In this document: one piece after another, positions 40,167 to 52,370 of the stretch
How the letters are laid out: every line of letters begins with the position of its first letter
Numbering within the stretch: position 1 is the stretch's first letter
Assembly (NCBI RefSeq): GCF_006345805.1
Contig: NW_021832392.1
Span: 1-64,000, forward strand
Reading direction: 5' to 3'
Source of the DNA: Octopus sinensis
Lineage: Eukaryota
DNA length: 64,000 nt
Notes under the pieces: model-generated
Database searches by the model: none
The model's input: only the letters and a program-made list of their open reading frames with translations
What the model was told of the DNA's origin: nothing
Position numbers and translations under genes: made by a program

Positions 40167-42135
40167 GTACCAGTTACGCACTGGAGTCGATATAATCGCC
40201 GTATGTCTGTCCTTGTTTGTCCCCTCTGTGTTTAGCCTCTTGTGAGTAGTAAAGAAATAGGTATTTTGTCTGCCGCTACGTTCTGTGTTCAAATTCCCCC
40301 GAGGTCGACCTTGCTTTTCATTCTTTCGGGGTCGATTAAATAAGTACCAGTTACGCACTGCGGTCAATATAATCGACTTAATACTTATGTCTGTCGTTGC
40401 TTGTCTTCTCGGTGTTTAGCCCCTTGCGGGTAGTAAAGAAATTGGTATGTTGTCTGCCACTACGGTCTGAGTTCAAATTCCGCCGAGGTCGACTTTGACT
40501 TCCATCCTTCGGGGTCGATAAATTAAGTACCAGTTACTACGCACTGGGGTCATTATAATCGATTTAATCCGTTTGTCTGTCCTTGTTTTTCCCCCCTGTG
40601 TTTAGCCCCTTGTGGGTAGTAAAGAAATAGGTATTTCGTCTGCCGCTACCCTACCCACACGCACACACACCACACACACACACACCACACACACACACAC
40701 ATATATATATATATAAATAAATAAGTACGGTGTTTAGCCCATTGTCGCTACTGTCTGAGTTCAAATTCCGCCGAGGTCGACTTTGCCTTTCATCCTTCGG
40801 GGTCGATAAATTAACATATACACAAAGACAGACAGACACACACACACACGCACATACATACATACATACATACATAGAAACATACATACATACATACATA
40901 CATACTTACATACATACATAAGTCAGAGAGAGAGTGCCGCTACATTGTTGCTCAGTATCCTAGAAATAGCAACCAAATCACCCTGTGATTACCTAACCCT
41001 TGTACATAGATGATAGTTGTGATTATCCCAGTCGTATTACCTGCTCATTTACGGCTGTCAGAGTTAGACAATAATTAATTTACTACACAGCTGTAATCGA
41101 TGTAATCGACTTAATCCCTTTGTCTGTCCTTGTTTGTCCCCTCTGTGTGTAGCCCCTTGTGGTAGTAAAGAAATAGGTATTTCGTCTGCTGTTATGTTCT
41201 GAGTTCAAATTTCGCCGAGGTCGACTTTACCTAGTCATTGCAGGGTCGATAAATAAAGTACCAGTTGCGCACTGGAGTCGATGTAATCGACTTAATCCCT
41301 TTGTCTGTCCTTGTTTGTCCCCTCTGTGTGTAGCCCCTTGTGGGTAGTAAAGAAATAGTTATTTCGTCTGCTATTACGTTCTGAGTTCAAGTTCCACCGA
41401 GGTCGACTTTGCCGTTCATCATTTCAGGGTCGATAAATAAAGTACCAGTTTCGCACTGGAGTCGATGTAATCGACTTAATCCCTTTGTCTGTCCTTGTTT
41501 GTCCCCTCTGTGTTTAGCCACTTGTGGGTAGTAAAGAAATAGGTATTTCGTCTGTCGTTCCGTTCTGAGTTCAAATTCCGCCGAGGTCGACTTTACCTTT
41601 CATCATTTCAGGGTCGATAATTTGGGTACCAGTTACGCACTGGGGTCGATGTAATCGACTTAATCCGTTTGTCTGTCCCCTCTGTGTTTAGCCCCTTGTG
41701 GGTAGTAAAGAAATAGGTATATTACGTCTGCGGTTACGTCCTGAGTTCAAATTCCGCCGACGTCGACTTTGCCTCTCATCATTTCAGGGTCGATAAATAA
41801 AGTACCAGTTACGCACTGGGGTCGATATAATCGCCTTAATCAGTATGTCTGTCATTGTTTGTCCCCTGTGCGTTTAGCCCCTTGTGGGTAGTTAAGAAAT
41901 AGGTATTTTGTCTGCCGCTCCGCTCTGAGTTCAAATTCCGCCGAGGTCGGCCTTGCTTTTCATTCGTTCGGGGTCGATTATAAAAGTACCAGTTACGCAC
42001 TGGGGTCAATATAATCGACTTAATACCTTTGTCTGTCTTTGTTTGTCTTCTGGGTGTTTAGCTCATTGTGGGTGATAAAGCCGCTACTGTCTGAGTTCAA
42101 ATTCCGCCGAGGTCGACTTTGCCTTTCATCCTTCG
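40165..42135 (+). repeat. Tandem array of ~9-10 SINE-derived ~180-185 bp units (family B)
   Basis: Unit: gtaccagttacgcactggggtcgat...aaagaaataggtatttcgtctg...gagttcaaattccgccgaggtcgactttgcctttcatccttcggggtcgataaa. Contains a B-box-like GTTCAAATTCC. Interrupted by a block at 40810-41090 that is duplicated at 42130-42440. Confidence 0.88.
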
Positions 42136-42239
42136 GGGTCGATAAATTAACATATACACAAAGACAGACAGACACACACACACACACGCACATACATACA
42201 TACACACATACATAGAAACATACATACATACATACATAC

Positions 42240-42270
<31 letters not shown>

Positions 42271-42504
42271 AGTCAGAGAGAGAGTGCCGCTACATTGTTG
42301 CTCAGTATCCTAGAAATAGCAACCAAATCACCCTGTGATTACCTAACCCTTGTACATAGATGATAGTTGTGATTATCCCAGTCGTATTACCTGCTCATTT
42401 ACGGCTGTCAGAGTTAGACAATAATTCATTTGCTACACAGCTAATCGAGTGAACTAATGTTAAAAATCTTAACCAAGAATAAAAATTACAACCATTGTTG
42501 GACT

Positions 42505-42644
42505 TATTTTATCGTACTTTCGTTAGCTTTGGCTGCTATTTCTAGCATATGGATAGCCTTCTTGACGGCCTGATCGATTTGCTCGACTAAAGGCGGTGCT
42601 CCAGCATGGCCACTTCCAAATGACTGAAACAAGTAAAATAAAAT

Positions 42645-42692
<48 letters not shown>

Positions 42693-42722
42693 AACATATA
42701 TATATATATATATATATACATA

Positions 42723-42769
<47 letters not shown>

Positions 42770-42908
42770 TAACACAACTATTCACATATATACATATAAA
42801 TTAACACAACTATTATCTAAGTTGTCAAGCGATGTTCGGGGGGAGGGACAAACAGACACACACATATATATATATATATTTATTTATATACGACGGGCTT
42901 ATTTCAGT
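42505..42908 (-). mobile_element. SINE family A 3' part, broken by the 6.4 kb insert
   Basis: Ends at cgacgggcttatttcagt (42908). The neighbouring plus-oriented tail fragment at 42570-42645 is mixed in. Confidence 0.55.
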
Positions 42909-43779
42909 CGAAAAATAACAAGTTAAATGATTTTATTTTTCACGTAAAATCGAAATTGCTAATATCGAAATTACGACCGCTACATTACGAACAAAACTAC
43001 AGGGACGTCGTGGTTTCTTTAATCGTAAAGAAAACAAAAAGTGCCACCGTGGGGCCGCCAGCTACGCCTTTGGCCCGCGTGCTCGTATAGCAAAACGTAA
43101 ACATCCGGTGAATTTATGCTTCAAGTTACGGTACGAAGCAATGTCAACAAAACTCTAGCGTGGTGGCTATCGGGAAGATAATACAAAGTTTCGCATACGA
43201 TCACCGCGTCACGCCGCGTTGTCGTATATCAAAACGTAAACATCCGGTAAATTTATCCTTCACCTTACGATATGCACCGGGAAAATACACATACGTGGAC
43301 TGACCCGTAATTAAAAAAAATCAGACCCGTAAGCTTACGGATCGGCCCACGCTGGATAGTCACGCTCTAGGTGACCGTCGCACGCCGGTCGCCTGCGTCT
43401 CCGCCGCCGTACTGTGCGTGAAATCGAAAGCACGAAACTAAACGCGCGATATCGTCCACGTATTGGGTAAAAACAGCGACGTGGTCCGACCCGTAAGTCG
43501 TAGGAGGTGCTCAGACCGCAAGGAAACGGATCGGCCCCGGCTGGATAGTCACGCTCTAGGTGACCGTCGCACCCCAAGGGGGCCCAGACAATATTAGGGG
43601 ATGAACATCAGGCAAAAATTAGCCAGCCGGCAAGATTCGTATTCTCAGTTAATTTCTGGACGCCTTGCTATACTGTTCCCAGTTCGATATCGTCCTACAA
43701 CGGTTTGCCTTGCCAAAAATTGTCCGCACTTGCCCGCGTACGGTAGTTTTTCGCTGTGGTTCGCTCATTCTCTCGCGTT

Positions 43780-46700
43780 CGTGAGTTCGATATCAGCCAG
43801 GACGTCGCGGCCCGTGGCTTTGCGTTTTTATTTATTTATTTTATTGTTCGTTCGTTCGGTAGCGTTGCTGTGTTCAGTGATGTTATGTTGGTAAAGTAAA
43901 CGTCACGAGTTCGATATCAGGCAGGGCCTCGCGGCCCGAAGCGTGAAACTTTTTTTTTTTTGTTCGCTCGTTCGGTAGCGTTGCGTTGTTCAGTGATGTT
44001 ATGTTGGTAAAGTAAACGTCACGAGTTCGATATCAGGCAGGGCCTCGCGGCCCGAAGCGTGTGAGATTTTTTTTTTTTAGTTCGCTCGTTCGGTAGCGTT
44101 GCGGTGTTTAGTGATGTTTTGTTGGTAAAGTAAACGTCACGAGTTCGATATCAGGCAGGGCCTCGCGGCCCGAAGTGTGAAATTTTTTTTTTTTAGTTCG
44201 CTCGTTCGGTAGCGTTGCGTTGTTCAGTGATGTTATGTTGGTAAAGTAAACGTCACGAGTTCGATATCAGGCAGGGCCTCGCGGCCCGAAGCGTGAGATT
44301 TTTTTTTTTTAGTTCGCTCGTTCGGTAGCGTGGCGGTGTTCAGTGATGTCTTGTTGGTAAAGTAAACGTCACGAGTTCGATATCAGGCAGGGCCTCGCGG
44401 CCCGAAGTGTTAGATTTTTTTTTTTTTAGTTCGCTCGTTCGGTAGCGTTGCGGTGTTTAGTGATGTTATGTTGGTAAAGTAAACGTCACGAGTTCGATAT
44501 CAGGCAGGGCCTCGCGGCCCGAAGCGTAACATTTTTTTTTTTTTTTTGCTCGCTCGTTCGGTAGCGTTGCTGTGTTCAGTGATGTTATGTTGGTAAAGTA
44601 AACGTCACGAGTTCGATATCAGGCAGGTCCTCGCGGCCCGAAGCGTAATATTATTTTTTTTTTTTGTTCGCTCGTTCGGTAGCGTTGCTGTGTTCAGTGA
44701 TGTTATGTTGGTAAAGTAAACGTCACGAGTTCGATATCAGGCAGGGCCTCGCGGCCCGAAGCGTGAACTTTTTTTTTTTTGTTCGCTCGTTCGGTAGCGT
44801 TGCGTTGTTCAGTGATGTTATGTTGGTAAAGTAAACGTCACGAGTTCGATATCAGGCAGGGCCTCGCGGCCCGAAGCGTGAGATTTTTTTTTTTTAGTTC
44901 GCTCGTTCGGTAGCGTTGCGGTGTTTAGTGATGTTTTGTTGGTAAAGAAAACGTCACGAGTTCGATATCAGGCAGGGCCTCGCGGCCCGAAGCGTAACAT
45001 TTTTTTTTTTTTTGCTCGCTCGTTCGGTAGCGTTGCTGTGTTCAGTGATGTTATGTTGGTAAAGTAAACGTCACGAGTTCGATATCAGGCAGGTCCTCGC
45101 GGCTCGAAGCGTAATATTATATTTTTTTTTTGTTCGCTCGTTCGGTAGCGTTGCTGTGTTCAGTGATGTTATGTTGGTAAAGTAAACGTCACGAGTTCGA
45201 TATCAGGCAGGGCCTCGCGGCCCGAAGCGTGAAGTTTTTTATTTTTTAGTTCGCTCGTTCGGTAGAGTTGCGGTGTTTAGTGATGTTTTGTTGGTAAAGT
45301 AAACGTCACGAGTTCGATATCAGGCAGGGCCTCGCGGCCCGAAGCGTGAAATTTTTTTTTTTTTTTAGTTCGCTCGTTCGGTAGCGTTGCGGTGTTTAGT
45401 GATGTTTTGTTGGTAAAGTAAACGTCACGAGTTCGATATCAGGCAGGGCCTCGCGGCCCGAAGCGTAAAATTTTTTTTTTTTTTTGCTCGCTCGTTCGGT
45501 AGCGTTGCTGTGTTCAGTGATGTTATGTTGGTAAAGTAAACGTCACGAGTTCGATATCAGTCAGGGCCTCGCGGCCCGAAGCGTAAAACTTTTTTTTTTT
45601 TGTTCGCTCGTTCGGTAGCGATGCGTTGTTCAGTGATGTTATGTTGGTAAAGTAAACGTCACGAGTTCGATATCAGCCAGGGCCTCGCGGCCCGAAGCGT
45701 AAAACTTTTTTTTTTTTGTTCGCTCGTTCGGTAGCGATGCGTTGTTCAGTGATGTTATGTTGGTAAAGTAAACGTCACGAGTTCGATATCAGGCAGGGCC
45801 TCGCGGCCCGAAGCGCAAGGTTTTTTTTTTTTTTCTGTTCGCTCGTTCGGTAGCGTTGCTGTGTTCAGTGATGTTATGTTGGTAAAGTAAACGTCACGAG
45901 TTCGATATCAGGCAGGGCCTCGCGGCCCGAAGCGTGAAATTTTTTTTTTTTTAGTTCGCTCGTTCGGTAGCGTTGCGGTGTTTAGTGATGTTTTGTTGGT
46001 AAAGTAAACGTCACGAGTTCGATATCAGGCAGGGCCTCGCGGCCCGAAGCGTAACAAATTTTTTTTTTTTTTTGTTCGCTCGTTCGGTAGCTAGCGTGTT
46101 CGTTGTCAGTGATGTTTTGTTGGTAAAGTAAACGTCACGAGTTCGATATCAGGCAGGGCCTCGCGGCCCGAAGCGTAATATTATTTTTTTTTGTTCGCTC
46201 GTTCGGTAGCGTTGCTGTGTTCAGTGATGTTTTGTTGGTAAAGTAAACGTCACGAGTTCGATATCAGCGAGGGCCTCGCGGCCCGAAGCGTAACACTTTT
46301 TTTTTTTGTTCGCTCGTTCGGTAGCGTTGCTGTGTTCAGTGATGTTTTGTTGGTAAAGTAAACGTCACGAGTTCGATATCAGACAGGGCCTCGCGGCCCG
46401 AAGCGTAACATTTTTTTTTTTTTTTTGCTTCGCTCGTTCGGTAGCGTTGCTGTGTTCAGTGATGTTATGTTGGTAAAGTAAACGTCACGAGTTCGATATC
46501 AGCCAGGGCCTCGCGGCCCGAAGCGTAAAACTTTTTTTTTTTTTTGTTCGCTCGTTCGGTAGCGTTGCGTTGTTCAGTGATGTTATGTTGGTAAAGTAAA
46601 CGTCACGAGTTCGATATCAGGCAGGGCCTCGCGGCCCGAAGCGTAAAACTTTTTTTTTTTGTTCGCTCGTTCGGTAGCGTTGCGTTGTTCAGTGATGTTT

Positions 46701-47800
46701 TGTTGGTAAAGTAAACGTCACGAGTTCGATATCAGGCAGGGCCTCGCGGCCCGAAGCGTGAAATTTTTTTTTTTTAGTTCGCTCGTTCGGTAGCGTTGCG
46801 GTGTTTAGTGATGTTTTGTTGGTAAAGTAAACGTCACGAGTTCGATATCAGGCAGGGCCTCGCGGCCCGAAGCGTAATATATTTTTTTTTTGTTCGCTCG
46901 TTCGGTAGCGTTGCTGTGTTCAGTGATGTTTTGTTGGTAAAGTAAACGTCACGAGTTCGATATCAGCCAGGGCCTCGCGGCCCGAAGCGTAAAACTTTTT
47001 TTTTTTGTTCGCTCGTTCGGTAGCGTTGCTGTGTTCAGTGATGTTTTGTTGGTAAAGTAAACGTCACGAGTTCGATATCAGGCAGGGCCTCGCGGCCCGA
47101 AGCGTAAAACTTTTTTTTTTTTTTTTGCTCGCTCGTTCGGTAGCGTTGCTGTGTTCAGTGATGTTATGTTGGTAAAGTAAACGTCACGAGTTCGATATCA
47201 GCCAGGGCCTCGCGGCCCGAAGCGTAAAACTTTTTTTTTTTTGTTCGCTCGTTCGGTAGCGATGCGTTGTTCAGTGATGTTATGTTGGTAAAGTAAACGT
47301 CACGAGTTCGATATCAGCAGGGCCTCGCGGCCCGAAGCGTAAAACTTTTTTTTTTTGTTCGCTCGTTCGGTAGCGATGCGTTGTTCAGTGATGTTTTGTT
47401 GGTAAAGTAAACGTCACGAGTTCGATATCAGGCAGGGCCTCGCGGCCCGAAGCGTGAAATTTTTTTTTTTTTAGTTCGCTCGTTCGGTAGCGTTGCGGTG
47501 TTTAGTGATGTTTTGTTGGTAAAGTAAACGTCACGAGTTCGATATCAGGCAGGGCCTCGCGGCCCGAAGCGTAATATTATTTTTTTTTGTTCGCTCGTTC
47601 GGTAGCGTTGCTGTGTTCAGTGATGTTTTAAAGTAAACGTCACGAGTTCGATATCAGGCAGGGCCTCGCGGCCCGAAGCGTAAGATTTCTTTCTTATTTT
47701 TGTTCGCTCGTTCGGTAGCGTTGCTGTGTTTAATGATGTTATGTTGGTGAAGTAGCCTTCGCGAGTTCGATATATGAGCTAGGGCCTCGCGGCACGTAGC
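43780..47800 (+). repeat. Tandem array of ~34 units of ~116 bp with GC hairpin and oligo-T tract
   Basis: Consensus ttcgctcgttcggtagcgttgctgtgttcagtgatgttatgttggtaaagtaaacgtcacgagttcgatatcaggcagggcctcgcggcccgaagcgt-(variable)-T~10-16. Edge units are degenerate. Confidence 0.97.
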
Positions 47801-47934
47801 ATTAAGTGGTTTTCATACGAAGCTGGTCGTACAAAAGTCTCTAAACCGGTGGGTGGTCCTCTAGCGGCGGTGTTGCCAATAACTGAAAAATGCAGCGGCG
47901 ACTACGACCGACGCATGAGTATATGTGTCCGTGT

Positions 47935-49348
47935 GATATGGACGAGGCACGAATCGGCAACTCCTGGGGTGAGTTCTCGGTATCGAGCACGACTGGGGCC
48001 GGCGTGTCGGCGGACGAATCCCAAAGCACGACAAAAGCCCAGCCAAACGGCGGCGGGAGAATCTCGGAGAAAGATCGCAGTGCTTAAGTAGCAGGTGATT
48101 TAGGTCGGCCGATAAGTCAAACTTATAGTCGACGTGAAGCACGAGAGTGTCAGTATGTGATCGACGAGGCAGGAAGCGGCGATTTCTGAGGTGAGTTCTC
48201 GGTATCGAGCACGAGTGGGGCCGCTGTGCCGGAGGACGACACCGGACTTTCTCGAAACTAATGGTGTCCTCACCCACGTACACGTGGACGTACCCACGAC
48301 CAATGCTGGAAGGATGCCACGAGATACACGTGGTTGGTACTGCGACGTGGTCCGTCCCGTAAATTCCCGAAAGATGGAAACTGCGGCGAGTATAAAGTAG
48401 GGGCCGCCAGTAGAAGGGTTGCGCTAGCTGCCCGTTGCTCCGCCGCCCTACCGTGCCCGAAATCGCCACGTAAACCTGGACGTACACGCGACCGATGCCG
48501 GAAGGATGTCACGAGATACACGCTGTCGATACAGAGACGTAGTCCGCCCCGTAAAATCCCGAAAGATAGCAACTGCGGCGAGTATAAAGTAGAGGCCACC
48601 AGCGGCAGGGTTGCGCCAGGCCTGCGCCAATCGCCTGGAGCTCCGCCGCGTTACCGTGCCCGAAATCGAAAGAACGAACCTAAGCTCGGGGTATCGCCAC
48701 GTAAACCTGGACGTACACGCGACCGATGCCGAAAGGATGTGATGAGATACACGCTGTCGATACAGAGACGTGGTCCTTCCCGTAAAGTCCCGAAAGATGG
48801 AAACTGCGGCTAGAATAAGGTGGGGGGCCGCCATCGGCAGGCCTGCGGCAGCCTCTCGGAGCTCTGCCGCCCTAATGTCCCCGTTAGAACGAACAGAAGC
48901 TCGCGATGTCGTCCACGTACGCGTGGACGTAATGCGACCGTGTACCAGAGTTATCGACGAGGCACGAAGCGGCGAGTTCTGGGGTGAGTTCTCGGTATCG
49001 AGCTCGAGTGAGGCCGCTGTGTCGGCGGACGACACCGGACATTCTCGAAGCTAATGGTGTGACCCACGTAAACGTGGACGTACCCGCGACCAATGCTGGA
49101 AGGATATCACGAGATACACGCTGTCGATACAGCAACGTGGTCCGTTCCGTAAATTCCCGAAAGATGGAAACTGCGGCTAGTATAAAGTAGGGGCCGCCAG
49201 CGGCAGGGTTGCGCAAGGCCTGCACCAGTCGCCCGTTGCTCCGCCGCGCTACCGTGCCCGAAATCGAAAGAACGAATCTAAGCTCGCGGTATCGCCCGAG
49301 TACACGTGGACGTACCCGCGACCGATGCCGGAAAAGTATCACGAGATA
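47935..49348 (+). repeat. Nested GC-rich direct repeats (~200-230 bp subunits within a ~795 bp duplication)
   Basis: 'gtgagttctcggtatcgagc' x3 (47969, 48191, 48985); 'cccgaaagat(g/a)g(a/c)aactgcggc' x4; 'cgtgcccgaaatcg' x3. Confidence 0.85.
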
Positions 49349-49627
49349 TACCACACAGCCACTCCTGTGCCTATATTCATTTTTCTGCATTTAACACAGC
49401 TGAGACGCCGTACACTCACACATGTATGTGCATGTATACACATAAATATATATGTTTATATATGCAATAGAAATATGCACGCATATGTATGTATAAGTTT
49501 ATATATATATATATATATACACACACATTATATTAATACATACATTTTTATACTTATTTACGTGTATATATACACATGTTAGCATATATGTATATCTATC
49601 TATACACACACACACAGATATAGATAT

Positions 49628-49730
<103 letters not shown>

Positions 49731-49819
49731 AGTCTGTATATATGTATGTATGCATGTATCTATATATATATGCGGATATATTGTATGTGTAAACATATGT
49801 ATATGCATTTATACACATA

Positions 49820-50201
49820 CTAGCAGTATCGCCCGGCGTTACTCGGGTTTGTAAGGGAAATAATTATATAAGCATTTTTAGAGATGCCATCTCAATATGG
49901 CTAACCACAAAGGGGGAGGGGTGTTACTGTAGCTTTTTACGTTCTGAGATTTAATAATAAATTTTAGAGAGTTACTTCCCTTATATATGTCAAAAATGGA
50001 TTAAAAATGGCAAAAATTGATGGTAAATTTTTTTTTTAATCGTAGACTCATCGTAGACGCGCGCTAATACCCAGACGGTCTGGATATGAATCACGACTAT
50101 AAGATACCCGGTTTTGGTTAAACTGCACCGCAAAATGTGGGAGTAGTTAAGAATCTAAATCGTAGGAGACAGACACACAACCTCACTTTTATATATAAAG
50201 A
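49820..50201 (-). mobile_element. Non-autonomous Helitron, paralog of 8955-9350
   Basis: CTAG at 49820 and TC end at 50200-50201; the downstream flank is shared with the 9351+ region. Confidence 0.85.
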
Positions 50202-50359
50202 TTTCCTCTATTTACATAATATTGAGGTCTCTTTCTTTCTTTTGTTATCTTACTGTTTTTACCAATATACATATATATATATAAATATATATATAGTTAC
50301 AGAGATGTACTTGCATAGCAAGTGACTTGATCTGAGATCGTGTGCTGGAACGAAAACAG

Positions 50360-50618
50360 TTGCAGCGTTGAAGGTGCTTATAAGCCATTTAAGAAACACA
50401 CAAAAACCGTTAGATTCACTTCAACATTTAAATTTAATTTGTCAAAATATTCTCGTCGCTTTGAGACCGCGACCTGTTAGCACGATATTTTTGTCAGTGA
50501 ACAGGTCGCGGTCTCAAAGCGAGGAAAATATTTTGGAAACTTAAATTTAAATGTTGAAGTGAATCTAACGGTTTTTGTGTGTTTCTTAAATGGCTTACAA
50601 ACACCTTCCACGCTGCAA
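50360..50618. mobile_element. Fold-back/MITE-like palindrome, copy 2
   Basis: Paralog of 9509-9767. Confidence 0.8.
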
Positions 50619-51643
50619 TATATATATACACACATATATATATATATATGTATGTATGTATGTGTGTATATGTGTATGCATGTATGTGTGTGTGTGCGTG
50701 TCTGTGCTTGTGATTGTCCTCCACCACTGCTTGACAACGAATGTTGGTTTGTTTACATCCCTGTCACCTAGTGATTTGACAAAGGAAACAGATAGAATAA
50801 GTACAATGCTTACAAAAATAAAACTGGAGTTGATTCATTAAACTACAATTCTTCAAGGCATTGCCCCAGCATGGCCACAGACCAATGGCTGGAAAAAGCA
50901 GAAGAATAAAAGAATACAGGCATGAGAAAGCTTGAGTTTACATGAGAAGGCCTAACAGACCTGGTAGAAACAGCAGCCAAATCTCCCTCAAATCACACCT
51001 TACTGTCTTATGTATGTATATATATATGAGCCAATGAGGGGGACCTCTACATGGTAGCTAGACCTGGTAGAAATAGCAGCCAAATTTCCCCCAAATCACA
51101 CCTTACTGTCTTTAGAAACACATACATACACACGGCGTATGTTGATGCATGTATGAATGTATGTATTCTTAGAAATATGTTACATATACACACACGTTTA
51201 TATATATGTACACACATACTTACATACATATCTATATGTATATATATATATATATATAATATATATACACATACGTAAATACATATCTATATGTATGTAT
51301 ATATTACTCTTTTACTCTTTTACTTGTTTCAGTCATTTGCCTGTGGCCATGCTGGAGCACTGCCTTTAGTCGAGGAAATCGACAACAGGACTTATATTTT
51401 GTAAGCCTATTGCTAATTCTATCGTTCTCTATTTGCCGAACCGCTAAGTACGTTATGTTATCGTAGTTTTGTTAGCTTTGGCTGCTATTTCTAGCATATA
51501 GCTGGCCTGCTTGAAGGCCTATATGTCGAGAATTATCTCCGCTTACTTGCCATCGAACAGAAAATTTGAAATTAATTGGGTCCCCGGATACGTTGCTACG
51601 GTTTCAAACTAAACTGAGGTATATATATATATATATATATATT

Positions 51644-51715
<72 letters not shown>

Positions 51716-52170
51716 TATATATATACATACATATATATATATATATATATAATATATATATACATATATATATATATATACCTACTATATACTATATATA
51801 GCATACATATTATATATATATATATCTATATCTAATATATATATATATATATATATAATTATACTACTATATATATATATATATATTATATAATAATATA
51901 TATATATATAATATATATATATATATATGTATATATAATATATATATGTATATATGTATATATATTCTAGAAAATTACCCTTTACAGTAATTTTTACATG
52001 CTAGAAATAGCAGCCATAAACCCCAATTTTATGTTTGGCTGCTATTTCTAGCATGTAAAAATTACCTGTTAAAGAGTAATTTTCTATTCTGAAATACGAA
52101 TATGTTGTCTATTGACTTTTTATACGTGCTAGGCCATTGGTGGTGATATATATATATATATATATATATA

Positions 52171-52234
<64 letters not shown>

Positions 52235-52235
<1 letters not shown>

Positions 52236-52370
52236 TATTTACGACGGGTCTTCCTTTAGTTTCCGTCTACCAGATCCACTAAAAAGGCTTTGGTCGGCCG
52301 AGGTTATAGTAGAAGACACTCGCCCAAAGTGCCACGCAGTGGGACTGAACCCGGAACCATGTGCTTGGCA
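52235..52370 (-). mobile_element. Diverged SINE family A central/head fragment
   Basis: cgacgggtcttcctttagtttccgtctacc...gggactgaacccggaaccatgtg. Confidence 0.7.

Larger units (their letters stand above)
42909..49348. other. CpG-rich non-coding 6.4 kb insert with nested repeats (rDNA IGS-like orphon candidate)
   Basis: Sharp compositional switch, absence of TA microsatellites, direct repeats at several scales, and no ORF with recognisable motifs. Confidence 0.6.

Noticed and set aside
43780-47800. CRISPR-like repeat/spacer array
   Set aside because: The constant part is ~100 bp and the variable part is only a few bases plus poly-T. There are no unique spacers and no cas genes, and the context is eukaryotic.
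42909-49348. Bacterial or viral contamination with Rho-independent terminators
   Set aside because: No gene-like ORFs over 6.4 kb, and both ends join host SINE sequence. A chimeric join cannot be fully excluded.
42909-49348. rRNA coding sequence (18S/5.8S/28S/5S)
   Set aside because: No conserved rRNA motif recognised; only a spacer-like architecture is proposed.
47841-49390. Overlapping 60-208 aa ORFs on both strands
   Set aside because: Expected in GC-rich repeats; Arg/Ser/Pro-rich, no domain motifs, and frames are not conserved between repeat copies.
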